A stretch of 64,000 bases of DNA from Parcubacteria bacterium C7867-008 (GCA_001189215.1 LFCR01000004.1:162244-226243), one strand, 5' to 3'; positions 47,800 through 57,278 are shown, counted from the stretch's first letter. Program-made: numbers and translations. The notes: generated by a model from the letters alone, not told the origin.

Positions 47800-49527
47800 T
47801 TATCGAGTGTATGTTGCCCGATCTGGTGGCACATCATAATAATTGATCAAGAAGTGCGTAAGATCAATGAAGGGGTGGGTGAGAGTTTCAGATGCATACT
47901 GCACACCTTGAGGCTTTTTCGTATAGAGTAGAATGATGTACTTAGGATCTGAGGCTGGGAAATATCCGAAGAATGAGTGGAAATAGAGATTTTCGTAGTA
48001 TTTTCCATCAGGTCCTGCAATCTGTGCGGTACCCGTCTTTGCGGCTACGCTCATCTCAGGAATCTTCACGGTGCCGTTTCCAAGCTTATCGTCCACCACT
48101 TTCACCAGCATGCGAGTAGTGTCATCCACCGCAGTGGCACTAAAAACTTGCTGAGCATCACCCCACGAAAGTTTCTTGATCACCCCAGACTCCAATCGTA
48201 TACCGGTTGCGAGATGCGGGGTAACAATCTTTCCATGGTTTGCGAGTGCCCCCAAGCCTCGAATCGTCTCCACGGGCGTGGTCGCAATACCCTGCCCGAA
48301 GGAGGCCGTATCATACTCCACATCGCGAGGACTTTCCAAGTTATGGATATCACCCCGAATCTCACTAGGTAAGTCTATGCCTGTTTCAGTACCAAAGCCA
48401 AGTTTGGTGAAATAGGTCCGGAATCCAGAGTGCCCTACCTTAGTAGCAATAAACGAAGCACCGACGTTAAGGGACTGGGAGAGGATCTCCTGCATTGGTA
48501 TGGTACCGCGCGCCTTGAGGTCGTAGTTACAAATACGCTTCTTGTTCACTTCAATACACCCCGTATCGTTATACACCGTCTCTGGGGTTATTACTCCGGC
48601 GTCCAGACCAGACGCCATGGTGAGTGCTTTGAATATAGAACCAAACTCATAACGACTCTCTACCAAGTGATTACTAAAATGATTACTATCCTCCCCTTGG
48701 AAGTTATTGGGATCAAATGATGGATACACATCCATAGCAATGATCTCTCCGGTGGCAGGGTCCATGATGATGCCACCCGTTTCCTCACTTCCATACTGAT
48801 CATTAATTGCCTTAAGAGTCTGGTCTAGTTTCTCTAGCACAATTGGCTCAATCGATGTGATGACATCTCCCTGCCGTGCGGTCTTAGGATCTGATACGAC
48901 GCTATCAAGGTTTGCAAAGAGTTCAGCAAAGAAGTTGCCGAAGGCACCATCTCCCTGCTGATGAAGTACATCATCGTAGTACCGCTCAAGCCCGAATCGT
49001 CCTGCGATGGTGTTGTCGTCAAGGTATCCCGTGAAGCCAATAGACTGTGCTGCTTTCTCTTTTGCGGGATAGGTACGCCAACGCTCACGTTCAACGATTA
49101 CACCTGGAATATCTTTGGCAGAGAGTGCACGTCCCACTTCATCATCCACATGGTGCCCGATAACTTCATAGGGATCTTCCTTCTTCTGTGCCGAAGCAAA
49201 GAACTCATCTCTATTTGCATCCGGTACTGCTTCAAGAATTGCAGCATAGGCTGCTTCTGGATCCTTAAGGTGTGATGGATCAATAGCAACCAGGAAACCT
49301 GTTGCGACAGTCGCTGCTGAAAGATAGGTACCATCCTTACGAGTAAAGAGAATAGAGCCGCGATCATAGAGTTCCTGACTCGAGCTCACATACTGACGCT
49401 CTGCACGAAGAGAATATTCCTGAGCGTGTACGATCTGTACGAAATAGAGGCGCAGTACGAGAAAGAGCGCCAAGAAAATGATGACGCCAGAGACGATACG
49501 TAATCGCAATCTGAACGCCCTTCGCAT
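47800..49527 (-). CDS. ftsI: class B penicillin-binding transpeptidase (FtsI-like)
   Basis: SIFK (SxxK), SLN and KTGTA motifs. dcw-cluster position. Confidence 0.8.
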   Translation of the reverse strand: MRRAFRLRLRIVSGVIIFLALFLVLRLYFVQIVHAQEYSLRAERQYVSSSQELYDRGSILFTRKDGTYLSAATVATGFLVAIDPSHLKDPEAAYAAILEAVPDANRDEFFASAQKKEDPYEVIGHHVDDEVGRALSAKDIPGVIVERERWRTYPAKEKAAQSIGFTGYLDDNTIAGRFGLERYYDDVLHQQGDGAFGNFFAELFANLDSVVSDPKTARQGDVITSIEPIVLEKLDQTLKAINDQYGSEETGGIIMDPATGEIIAMDVYPSFDPNNFQGEDSNHFSNHLVESRYEFGSIFKALTMASGLDAGVITPETVYNDTGCIEVNKKRICNYDLKARGTIPMQEILSQSLNVGASFIATKVGHSGFRTYFTKLGFGTETGIDLPSEIRGDIHNLESPRDVEYDTASFGQGIATTPVETIRGLGALANHGKIVTPHLATGIRLESGVIKKLSWGDAQQVFSATAVDDTTRMLVKVVDDKLGNGTVKIPEMSVAAKTGTAQIAGPDGKYYENLYFHSFFGYFPASDPKYIILLYTKKPQGVQYASETLTHPFIDLTHFLINYYDVPPDRATYTR

Positions 49528-49528
49528 A

Positions 49529-49822
49529 TTAGCGGCCAGCGAACGTCAGCCCGTCTGGAAGGTTTGCTGCAGCTACATATTGCACATGTGCAGGACGTAC
49601 GAATCCAAGAGAATAGGGGTTCGTGGAATCAAGAGTACTGATTGATGCATAATACTTGGTTTCAAGCGTACCAATTGCTGCCTGCGCATCACGAATGGAA
49701 CTCAGTGCCTGTGTTTGCCAGGTGGCAAAGAGGATCGTAGTGACGATCAGTCCCAGATAGACCATCACCAACGCGCCGGCAGAAACGGTAAGGACAGGAA
49801 TGAAACGAGTTGGCATGGTCAT
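49529..49822 (-). CDS. ftsL: cell division protein FtsL-like (small bitopic)
   Basis: 97 aa. Single TM. Between rsmH and ftsI. Confidence 0.55.
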   Translation of the reverse strand: MTMPTRFIPVLTVSAGALVMVYLGLIVTTILFATWQTQALSSIRDAQAAIGTLETKYYASISTLDSTNPYSLGFVRPAHVQYVAAANLPDGLTFAGR

Positions 49823-49827
49823 ACAGG

Positions 49828-50775
49828 TTATACAAGTGATAATGCGGATCGATCGAACGCTTCAGTGCAGGCAGCTTGTCCGTTGCAGCGTTCAAAGACA
49901 CGGAGCTTCGCACTGCGTGAGCGCGGATTCTTCGTCATCTCTGCAGTGGTTGGTACGAGTGGTTTCTTGTTAACGAGCTTCCCAGTTCCCTGGTACACCG
50001 CATCACGGAACATTCCCTTTACGATGCGGTCTTCAATGCTATGGAAGGTAATAACAGCAATACGACCACCAGGAGCGAGATGTGTGAGTGCACCAGTGAG
50101 CCCAGCGCGCAGTGCACCAAGCTCATCGTTCACAGCAATACGAAGTGCCTGGAAGGTTTTTGTTGCAGGGTGTAGGCGGCGATGCTGATACCAGCTTGGT
50201 GTTCCTGCAGTTACTGCCTCTGCAAGTTCAGATGTGGTGAGGATAGGGCTGTTCTTACGGGTCGTCACAATAGAACGAGCAATACCTCGTGAGAACCGTT
50301 CTTCGCCGTACGTAAAGATAATGTCTGAGAGTTCTTCCTCAGTTGCTGAATTAACAAGGTCGGCTGCAGTCTTCCCTTCTTCAGGAGAACCGTAGGTCAT
50401 GTAGAGAGGCTCTTCTGCTTTAAATGAGAAACCTCTGCCAGCAGTTAAGTGGAAGCTACTCCACCCAAGATCAAAGAGTGCTTTGTCTATAGTCTCAATA
50501 CCTTCGTGCTCAAGAATAGCTTCCAGGTTTCGGAAGTTGTCGTGAGCAAGTATGGTGCGTGGACCTTCTGAATCTTGTACAACGAGAGCTGCTCGTTTGA
50601 TTGCGTCTTCATCTGCATCAATACCAATAAGGGTGCCTTCTGCACCAAGGCGACTGCGTAGTTCACGGAAGTGCCCTGCTCCACCAATGGTTCCATCTAC
50701 AACAACGTCATCAGCCTGTATATCAAGACTTTCGAGACACTCGTTCAATAGAACACTTTCGTGGACCTGTTCCAT
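49828..50775 (-). CDS. rsmH: 16S rRNA (cytosine1402-N4)-methyltransferase
   Basis: HESVLLNE..VDGTIGGAGH N-terminus. Confidence 0.85.
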   Translation of the reverse strand: MEQVHESVLLNECLESLDIQADDVVVDGTIGGAGHFRELRSRLGAEGTLIGIDADEDAIKRAALVVQDSEGPRTILAHDNFRNLEAILEHEGIETIDKALFDLGWSSFHLTAGRGFSFKAEEPLYMTYGSPEEGKTAADLVNSATEEELSDIIFTYGEERFSRGIARSIVTTRKNSPILTTSELAEAVTAGTPSWYQHRRLHPATKTFQALRIAVNDELGALRAGLTGALTHLAPGGRIAVITFHSIEDRIVKGMFRDAVYQGTGKLVNKKPLVPTTAEMTKNPRSRSAKLRVFERCNGQAACTEAFDRSALSLV

Positions 50776-50777
50776 AC

Positions 50778-51197
50778 CTATGCAAGCGTTTCCGCTAGTT
50801 CGTCAGCAGTGCTTTCAATCTCCTTTGTGTAGGACTCCCATGCGGCTTCGTCCCAAATCTCAACACGCTCGTTCACTCCAGCAATAACACTCTTCACACC
50901 GAGCGTTGCAAAGCTCTTGAGATAATCCGGAACAAGAATGCGTCCTGCAGAATCAACATCTGCTTCGTTAGCACCGGCAAGCATGAGGCGGGAGAGTCCG
51001 CGTCCTGCCTTACTGCCAGTAGAGTGTGCTGCCAACTTCGCTGCTTCTTTCTTCCATGCTGTTTTTGGATAGACAAACAGACAGTGATCAAGACCGCGTG
51101 TAACGATAACGGAGCCACCAAGTTCCTTCCGAAACTTAGCCGGAAGTGATATGCGATTCTTCGCATCAAAGGTGTGACGGTATTCTCCGATGAACAT
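50778..51197 (-). CDS. mraZ: transcriptional regulator MraZ
   Basis: Two tandem MraZ repeats (DAKNRISLP... / DSAGRILVP...). Confidence 0.85.
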   Translation of the reverse strand: MFIGEYRHTFDAKNRISLPAKFRKELGGSVIVTRGLDHCLFVYPKTAWKKEAAKLAAHSTGSKAGRGLSRLMLAGANEADVDSAGRILVPDYLKSFATLGVKSVIAGVNERVEIWDEAAWESYTKEIESTADELAETLA

Positions 51198-51321
51198 TAG
51201 TGAGTGGCAGCGGTTTGAGAGGAATGTGATTCATTCCCACTTCATCCCACTAGTTAGTAAGTATATGACACAACTTCCCACCATGCCCTATTTATCCCCA
51301 CAACTAAGGGTTATTTGTCCT

Positions 51322-51351
51322 TTGACAGGTACGCTTCATACCCTGTATGCT
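51322..51351 (+). promoter_or_regulatory. candidate sigma70 promoter (TTGACA, 18 nt spacer, TATGCT) upstream of an orphan hairpin
   Basis: Reads + strand in the mraZ-upstream spacer. No ORF follows before the hairpin. Confidence 0.25.
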
Positions 51352-51467
51352 TGGAGGACATGGTTTCTTACGTCCGCTACTTTATCTTCAAGCATATCTT
51401 CGGCCTTACCCCGGTCGAGGTTTCGATTGAGATTTCTAAGTAGCAGGACTTCCCCACAGAAATTTGA

Positions 51468-51508
51468 ATCGAGGCTTTGACCGGTAGTCAAAGCCTCGAT
51501 TTTCGTTT
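51468..51508 (+). terminator. orphan intrinsic terminator-like hairpin
   Basis: atcgaggctttgac-cggta-gtcaaagcctcgat then tttcgttt. No + strand CDS upstream. Confidence 0.45.
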
Positions 51509-51540
51509 AGTCCTTTCACTGTAGAAGAAGAGGGAGAGAT

Positions 51541-52032
51541 ATGCGTACGTCTATGAAAGTTTCCTACGGCGTTTTCCCGGGAGATACCTACGCCGTCAAT
51601 GCGCTTACACGACTCCGTGAACTGATCAGCACAGGAACCAGCGAAGGCTCTGCTGCACATCTGTCGGAGTGTCTCATCACAGATTCCGACGACGTCACCC
51701 CAGATATGGTGGTCTTCCTGACACCGAAGAAGCTGGAATTTGCGGGACGATATTTCCGTGTCCTGCAGCTTGCAAACAAGCAATCACAGAATCGGGGACG
51801 ATTCCTGGACCTCGTCCCTGAACACGCACATATAGCAACACGGTTCGTCTTCGTGAACCAGGGAGCCAATCAACTGCAACGCGATCAGCGGACAGGCACC
51901 CTGAAGGCAGATATAGCACTCATGGGTGTTCATGGGACCTTCGGGGGATGCCAGTTGCGACGATCAGCAGTAGCGTCAATGGTAAAGGGTCAACACGACC
52001 GCATGCGACCTCCCTATTTCGTAAGCGTCTGA
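51541..52032 (+). CDS. 163-aa moderately GC-rich protein of unknown function
   Basis: AGGGAGAG before the ATG. Own terminator. Confidence 0.45.
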   Translation: MRTSMKVSYGVFPGDTYAVNALTRLRELISTGTSEGSAAHLSECLITDSDDVTPDMVVFLTPKKLEFAGRYFRVLQLANKQSQNRGRFLDLVPEHAHIATRFVFVNQGANQLQRDQRTGTLKADIALMGVHGTFGGCQLRRSAVASMVKGQHDRMRPPYFVSV

Positions 52033-52051
52033 TTCGTACACGCTTCAAAGC

Positions 52052-52088
52052 GATGGCGCCCCTTGTGGGCGCCATCTTCTTTTATATT
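52052..52088 (+). terminator. intrinsic terminator (between convergent genes)
   Basis: gatggcgccc-cttgt-gggcgccatc then ttcttttatatt. Confidence 0.65.
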
Positions 52089-53556
52089 AGTCAGTACGAG
52101 GCCGCATGAGTGGGAAGATCTGTCCCTCTCGGATTGAAACTCCTTCCATAACACTGAAGAGTCTTTCTGAGACACCAAAACCAAATGCTGGTGGCATACC
52201 ATACTCAAGTGCCTCTACATATGAGGTGTCATTCATCTGCGCTTCGTCATCTCCTTGATCACGCAGTTCTTGCTGGTGCGCAAAGCGTCCTGCTTGATCG
52301 ATTGGATCATTGAGTTCGGTAAAACCCTTACCCATCTCTGAACCTCCGAGGATCACTTGGAAGCGCTCCACCACTCGGTTGTCTTCTTTGCTACGCTTAG
52401 CCAGCGGCTCCATGTATGCAGGAACCCCAATGAGGAAACCAGGTCCAGAGAGTCCTTTGCGAATCTGCTTCCAGAGAAGATCAATACCGCGTTCTTTATT
52501 AAATCCATCTTCTGGTACTGGAATATGTGCCTTCTCCATTGCCTTAGCAACTGCATCTGCATCTGTCTCAAGAGGATCAACACCGTATGCCTCCTTGATG
52601 AGTGAGCAGTAGTCATAGGTGTGCCATGCAGCACCGAAGTCTACTTCTACATCCTTGATCATGAATACACGAGTGCCGTACACCTCGTCGGCAATGGTGC
52701 GGTACATATCAGTGATCATGTTCATACCGTGACGATAATCTTCGAATGCTTCGTAGAACTCGAGTTGTGTGTAGTCCTGCGCGTGCTCGAAAGACATTCC
52801 TTCATTACGGAAGATACGACCGATCTCAAACACCTTAGGGAGACCAGCAACCATGAGTCTCTTCTGCCATAATTCTCCTGCTGAGATGCGAAGATATACA
52901 TCGATATCCAGTGCGTTGTGATGGGTTACGAACGGACGTGCGTCTGCACCTCCCGTGGTAGTTTCAAGTACTGGTGTCTCAACTTCAATAAATCCTTTCT
53001 TCAGGAGGTACGTACGGATGACATTCCAGAACATTGATCGGCGACGAATACGATCTGCAGTTTCTTTCGAAAGAAGAATATCCAAGTATCGCTTACGGAA
53101 GCGCTCGTCCTCATCTTTGATGCCATAGAATTCATCGGGTACCGGCGTGAGGGATTTGGCGAGCATGCGCCATCCTGCTGCTTGGAGTGAGCGCATACCG
53201 CGCTTGGTGGTAAATGCGAAGCCCGGCACCTCAATGATGTCTCCGGTATCTACGGCCTGTTTGAAGAGATCAAACAATTCCTGCTTCAGATCTGCATCCT
53301 GCTGGAATACCACTTGTGCCTTTTCAGTACCATCAAAGAGATCCACGAACATAACTCCTCCTTGATCACGAATGCTCATGATACGCCCGGCAAGGTTTAT
53401 AAGCGCATGTTCACGTTCAAGCGCTTGATGCTTAAACATGAAATCACTGATCGTATGTGACCGATTACTCTGCGCTGGATATGCTTCCATACCTGCCTCT
53501 TTGAGTATTTCTATCTTAGCGAGCCGCTCTTTGCGGATCGTTTCTACATCTGCCAT
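52087..53556 (-). CDS. lysS: lysyl-tRNA synthetase, class II
   Basis: N-terminal OB fold. Class II motifs (..FRNEG.S..H..EFT.LE.., GGxGxGIDR). Confidence 0.9.
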   Translation of the reverse strand: MADVETIRKERLAKIEILKEAGMEAYPAQSNRSHTISDFMFKHQALEREHALINLAGRIMSIRDQGGVMFVDLFDGTEKAQVVFQQDADLKQELFDLFKQAVDTGDIIEVPGFAFTTKRGMRSLQAAGWRMLAKSLTPVPDEFYGIKDEDERFRKRYLDILLSKETADRIRRRSMFWNVIRTYLLKKGFIEVETPVLETTTGGADARPFVTHHNALDIDVYLRISAGELWQKRLMVAGLPKVFEIGRIFRNEGMSFEHAQDYTQLEFYEAFEDYRHGMNMITDMYRTIADEVYGTRVFMIKDVEVDFGAAWHTYDYCSLIKEAYGVDPLETDADAVAKAMEKAHIPVPEDGFNKERGIDLLWKQIRKGLSGPGFLIGVPAYMEPLAKRSKEDNRVVERFQVILGGSEMGKGFTELNDPIDQAGRFAHQQELRDQGDDEAQMNDTSYVEALEYGMPPAFGFGVSERLFSVMEGVSIREGQIFPLMRPRTD

Positions 53557-53648
53557 ATGTCCCTACATTACCACATATTGCTCTTTGAAGGTTTAGTAGT
53601 ATGGTGCGAATAGGATGTGGTATCACACCACACAAACGCGGGAGCAAT

Positions 53649-53834
53649 GCCATGCTTGTGGTGTCCTTTTGTCTTTCAACGATTCTGATGTTCGGGTCAC
53701 TCGCAATGTGGATATACACCTCTTTTGCGGACCCTGATCATCCGAACTCATACTGGATAGCGATGCTCAGCTTCGCAGCCATAACCTTCGTACTATCAGT
53801 TGCGCTGAGTCTTCGACGGGGCAGGCGCGCTTGA
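53649..53834 (+). CDS. small membrane protein (about 61 aa)
   Basis: Two hydrophobic helices. Hairpin plus T-run at about 53855-53895. Confidence 0.3.
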   Translation, partial: AMLVVSFCLSTILMFGSLAMWIYTSFADPDHPNSYWIAMLSFAAITFVLSVALSLRRGRRA

Positions 53835-53891
53835 TGATGGCGGTCCGAAAGAAAAACCTCCGCGGCGACGCGGAGGACTTTCTATTTCTAC

Positions 53892-54365
53892 TTACGCTAC
53901 CTTCTCTACGTGATACGTTTGTTTTCCGTTTGGCGTTTCAAAGGTGAAGCTATCTCCCTTCCTCTTTCCCATAAGTGCAGCACCAAGTGGTGATACATGT
54001 GAGAGTTTGTGTGCACGCATGTCTGCTTCTTCAGAGCCGACAATCATGTACTCGTGCATATCAGAACCACCATCTTTCTTGATGACTACTGAAGAACCGA
54101 ATCCCACAACATCCTTCTTCTTACCGTCAGTGACGATCTTTGCACGCTTTACGAGCTCTTCGAGTTTACGAATACGTTCTTCTGTTGCCGCTTGGAGATC
54201 GCGCGCCTCCTGATACTCTGCGTTCTCAGAGAGATCTCCAAGTGAACGAGCGTATTCAAGATTTTTTGCAATTTCAGTACGACGAACGGTCTTAAGGTTT
54301 TCGAGTTCCTTAACCATCTCGTCGAACTTCTCTTGGCTGACCATTGTTTCTTGTTCAGTCATCAT
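53892..54365 (-). CDS. greA: transcription elongation factor GreA (backbone copy)
   Basis: Canonical GreA N-terminal coiled coil (GDLSENAEY) and C-terminal domain. Backbone codon usage. Confidence 0.85.
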   Translation of the reverse strand: MMTEQETMVSQEKFDEMVKELENLKTVRRTEIAKNLEYARSLGDLSENAEYQEARDLQAATEERIRKLEELVKRAKIVTDGKKKDVVGFGSSVVIKKDGGSDMHEYMIVGSEEADMRAHKLSHVSPLGAALMGKRKGDSFTFETPNGKQTYHVEKVA

Positions 54366-54420
54366 GTGAAATTAATATGAAAGTACCCGTATTGTACGTG
54401 GCGCAGCTGGCGCGTCAACA

Positions 54421-54456
54421 AGTGAAAAAGAGGGCCCCCATGCTTGCGCATGGGGG
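54421..54456 (-). terminator. intrinsic terminator
   Basis: gcccccatgc-ttgc-gcatgggggc with a T-run on the - strand. Confidence 0.65.
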
Positions 54457-54475
54457 CGAGATAATCCGGATTCTA

Positions 54476-55183
54476 TTATTGAGGGTTGGCGAAGGCCAGC
54501 AGCTTCCGCTCGTCGAGGTTTCGAACGACGAAAGTCATATCGTCGGGACCAATCGGTCCCGTGCCGGCAATCTTCTTCACGATAATATTCCATTTCCCTT
54601 CGTAGGGTCGGAGAATGCCGATACAGTCTTCATCCTTCCCTGTGTCGAGAAAGAAGTACGTCGGCTCGTCCGTCGTGTTGATCGAGAGAGGCAGGTCGCC
54701 GGTCAGAGCATGCAATGCCATCGCTTCGGCTTGCGCGAGCGTGAGCGTATAGCCGAGAGCTCGCACCGTCTGTCCAAACGGCATATGAAAGGAAAGCTCT
54801 CGAAACCCGGGAAGCTGTTCGGCGATCTGACGAAGATTGGATCTCTCCGTCAGACGCAACTTTGTGCCGATGCAGACGTTTGAACTCGACTGGCGTCCAG
54901 AGAACTGGGTTGCGGAAATCGATCGCTGCAGCCATGAATCTCCCACGCAGCATTCGGCGGTGTCCTTCTCCACGGTGTCAGGAATATAGAAACATCCCTG
55001 AGTCGTGAAGCGAGACGGTTCACGATATTTCTCGATCAGCCGTTCGAGCTCCACATCGAAGCCGTTCTTCCTTCGGCGAATGTGGTCCCCTTGGCGTTTG
55101 TTCAGGCCCTTGAGAAGTTTGGTCAGGGTGTCATGAAGCTCGCGCTTCGTGTTTCCGGACGCATTAACCTTACGTTCAAGCAT
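54476..55183 (-). CDS. 235-aa GC-rich protein of unknown function
   Basis: GGAG 9 nt before the ATG. GC-rich. Terminator downstream. Structured leader upstream. Confidence 0.5.
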   Translation of the reverse strand: MLERKVNASGNTKRELHDTLTKLLKGLNKRQGDHIRRRKNGFDVELERLIEKYREPSRFTTQGCFYIPDTVEKDTAECCVGDSWLQRSISATQFSGRQSSSNVCIGTKLRLTERSNLRQIAEQLPGFRELSFHMPFGQTVRALGYTLTLAQAEAMALHALTGDLPLSINTTDEPTYFFLDTGKDEDCIGILRPYEGKWNIIVKKIAGTGPIGPDDMTFVVRNLDERKLLAFANPQ

Positions 55184-55236
55184 GGTAGTCTCCAGCCCGG
55201 TTATTTAACGGCAGGGCGCGCCTTCTCCCCTCTCTG

Positions 55237-55285
55237 TGAGGTGAGCTCTCTAGCGCCTAGATAAGGCGCCACAGAGCTCACCTCA
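55237..55285. repeat. nested inverted repeat (13-bp outer stem, 5-bp inner stem) in the leader of the GC-rich gene / 3' of mrdA
   Basis: tgaggtgagctct...gcgcc..ggcgc...agagctcacctca. Confidence 0.5.
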
Positions 55286-55350
55286 AGAATCCATAATCAA
55301 AGAGCAGCAAGTACTATAATACATATATTACGGTATTTGTCAATTTGTCG

Positions 55351-57015
55351 TTACTGAAAGAATTCAGGTTTTGTTGCGTGGAGGTTGGTGAAGAAGTGGT
55401 GCATAGCATAGATACCTCCGATACTTGTTCCTGCAGGGCCCTTCTCCATCACCACGGTGTATACATACTTCGGATTATCGTACGGGAAAAATCCAACAGC
55501 CCAGGTGTTATAGAACTCGTTATGGAACCCGAGCTGTGCAGTACCGGTCTTTCCTGCAATCTTTGTGAAAGAAAGATCATTGAGCCCAAGAGAGGTACCT
55601 TCGGTGGCACCTATGCGCATACCTTCGCGTGCAACCTGTAGTGCTGCCTGACTTACAGGAATACTCTGTCCTGCAAGTGGTGGATCTTTTATGAGGGTTG
55701 GCTTCACTAACTTGCCACCGTTAGCAATAGCAGCAATGGCCCGAGCAGCTTCAAGGGGCGTTATCTGCACTGCGTACTGTCCGATACCCGTATGATACGT
55801 GTCGCCGATACGCCATGGCTCTTTAATGGTTTGTTCTTTCCATGCGGGTGATGGTACAAACCCACTCTTCTCACCGGCTAATTCAATACCGGTTGCTTTA
55901 GTTAATCCATAGGTCTCATACCAGTACTTAAGACGTTCGATACCCAGTCCTTTCTGACCACCGAAGCCACCTGTCACGGTATAGAAATAGACGTCTGAAG
56001 ACCACGCAATAGCGTGGCGCATATCCATAGCACCAAGTGCCTTCCAGTCTTTGAAAATGCTTGGATGTTCAGGATCGTATGGGTTTGGAAGTGAGATTGA
56101 ACCACTGGAGTATATGGTAGTTTCAGGTGCAATGATGCCATCGGTCATGACACCGGTTGCGATAAGTGGCTTCACTATGGATCCAGGTGTGTACAGACCA
56201 TTCACGGGACGATCGAGGTATGGCTGACGGGTGTCTTGAGAATAGCTGCCAATGATATCTGATGGACCGCCACTTGAAAGAACATTGGGGTCATATTCAG
56301 GATATGAAACCAGTGCAATCACTTCACCCGTGTTCACGTCCATTATTACTCCTGCCCCACCTTGATACGGAACCTTATCTGCTGTTTCCTTTATTGCGTC
56401 ATACAGTGCTTTTTGTGCAGCTGCATCGATAGAGAGAGTCAGTGACTGTCCATTCTGTGCAGGCTTCACACTTCCCTGACTCTGCACATGTCCAAGCGCA
56501 TCTTCTTCAACAAGAAGCGTACCGTTTGTACCTGAGAGTGTTTCATTAAATGCTGATTCAACACCGGCAAGACCCGTGATAACGGTGTCGTAATAGCGTC
56601 CAGCAGAATCTTTCTTTGGATACGATACATATCCGAGCAGGTGTCCGAAACCTGGAGATGCATAGGTGCGCTTCACTGAACCATCTTCGGTTTCAATGTT
56701 AGAAACAAGCGGTGTGCCTGTACGGTCAAGAATGGCTCCCCGTTGCGCAAACAATACTTCTGGACGCAGACGATTACGCTCACTCTGATTTGCAAATGTT
56801 GTTCCTTGAAGGAGTTCGAGATTCGCTGCCTGAGCAACAAGAGCACCAAATATAAGAAATGATACGAGAAAGAGTCCGAAGTATGTGGAACGTCCTATCG
56901 GCTTTTCGAGACGACCTTCAAGACTATTCTGATTAAACTCAGGTAAGTTAGAGGCATCCAGGAAGATGTCATCCGGATTGAGTTCTGGATCCTTGTATCG
57001 TCGTTTGCCGAACAT
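55351..57015 (-). CDS. mrdA: penicillin-binding protein 2 (elongasome transpeptidase)
   Basis: SIVKP (SxxK), SSD and KTGTA motifs. Downstream of mreBCD. Confidence 0.85.
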   Translation of the reverse strand: MFGKRRYKDPELNPDDIFLDASNLPEFNQNSLEGRLEKPIGRSTYFGLFLVSFLIFGALVAQAANLELLQGTTFANQSERNRLRPEVLFAQRGAILDRTGTPLVSNIETEDGSVKRTYASPGFGHLLGYVSYPKKDSAGRYYDTVITGLAGVESAFNETLSGTNGTLLVEEDALGHVQSQGSVKPAQNGQSLTLSIDAAAQKALYDAIKETADKVPYQGGAGVIMDVNTGEVIALVSYPEYDPNVLSSGGPSDIIGSYSQDTRQPYLDRPVNGLYTPGSIVKPLIATGVMTDGIIAPETTIYSSGSISLPNPYDPEHPSIFKDWKALGAMDMRHAIAWSSDVYFYTVTGGFGGQKGLGIERLKYWYETYGLTKATGIELAGEKSGFVPSPAWKEQTIKEPWRIGDTYHTGIGQYAVQITPLEAARAIAAIANGGKLVKPTLIKDPPLAGQSIPVSQAALQVAREGMRIGATEGTSLGLNDLSFTKIAGKTGTAQLGFHNEFYNTWAVGFFPYDNPKYVYTVVMEKGPAGTSIGGIYAMHHFFTNLHATKPEFFQ

Positions 57016-57017
57016 GC

Positions 57018-57278
57018 TTACATAATACGTGTTTTCACAAAGGTACGCACGAGTGCGGCAACAATACACAATACTAAGCCAATTATGCTCCCTATCGGTA
57101 GGTATCCGCTTGGTTCATAGAGTAAATCGGTAAGCATTCCTATGGCAATGGCTATAGGCGGAAATATAAATGCTGCACCAAATGCGAGTACCACCGTTAT
57201 GGCCGCAGGAAAAATGAAGGGCGAAACACAGGCAAGGAGAATAATGCCAACACGTGTAGACAGTGGCAGTTGGATCAT
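57018..57278 (-). CDS. mreD: rod shape-determining protein MreD (small polytopic)
   Basis: Hydrophobic 86-95 aa between mreC and mrdA. Confidence 0.55.
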   Translation of the reverse strand: MIQLPLSTRVGIILLACVSPFIFPAAITVVLAFGAAFIFPPIAIAIGMLTDLLYEPSGYLPIGSIIGLVLCIVAALVRTFVKTRIM

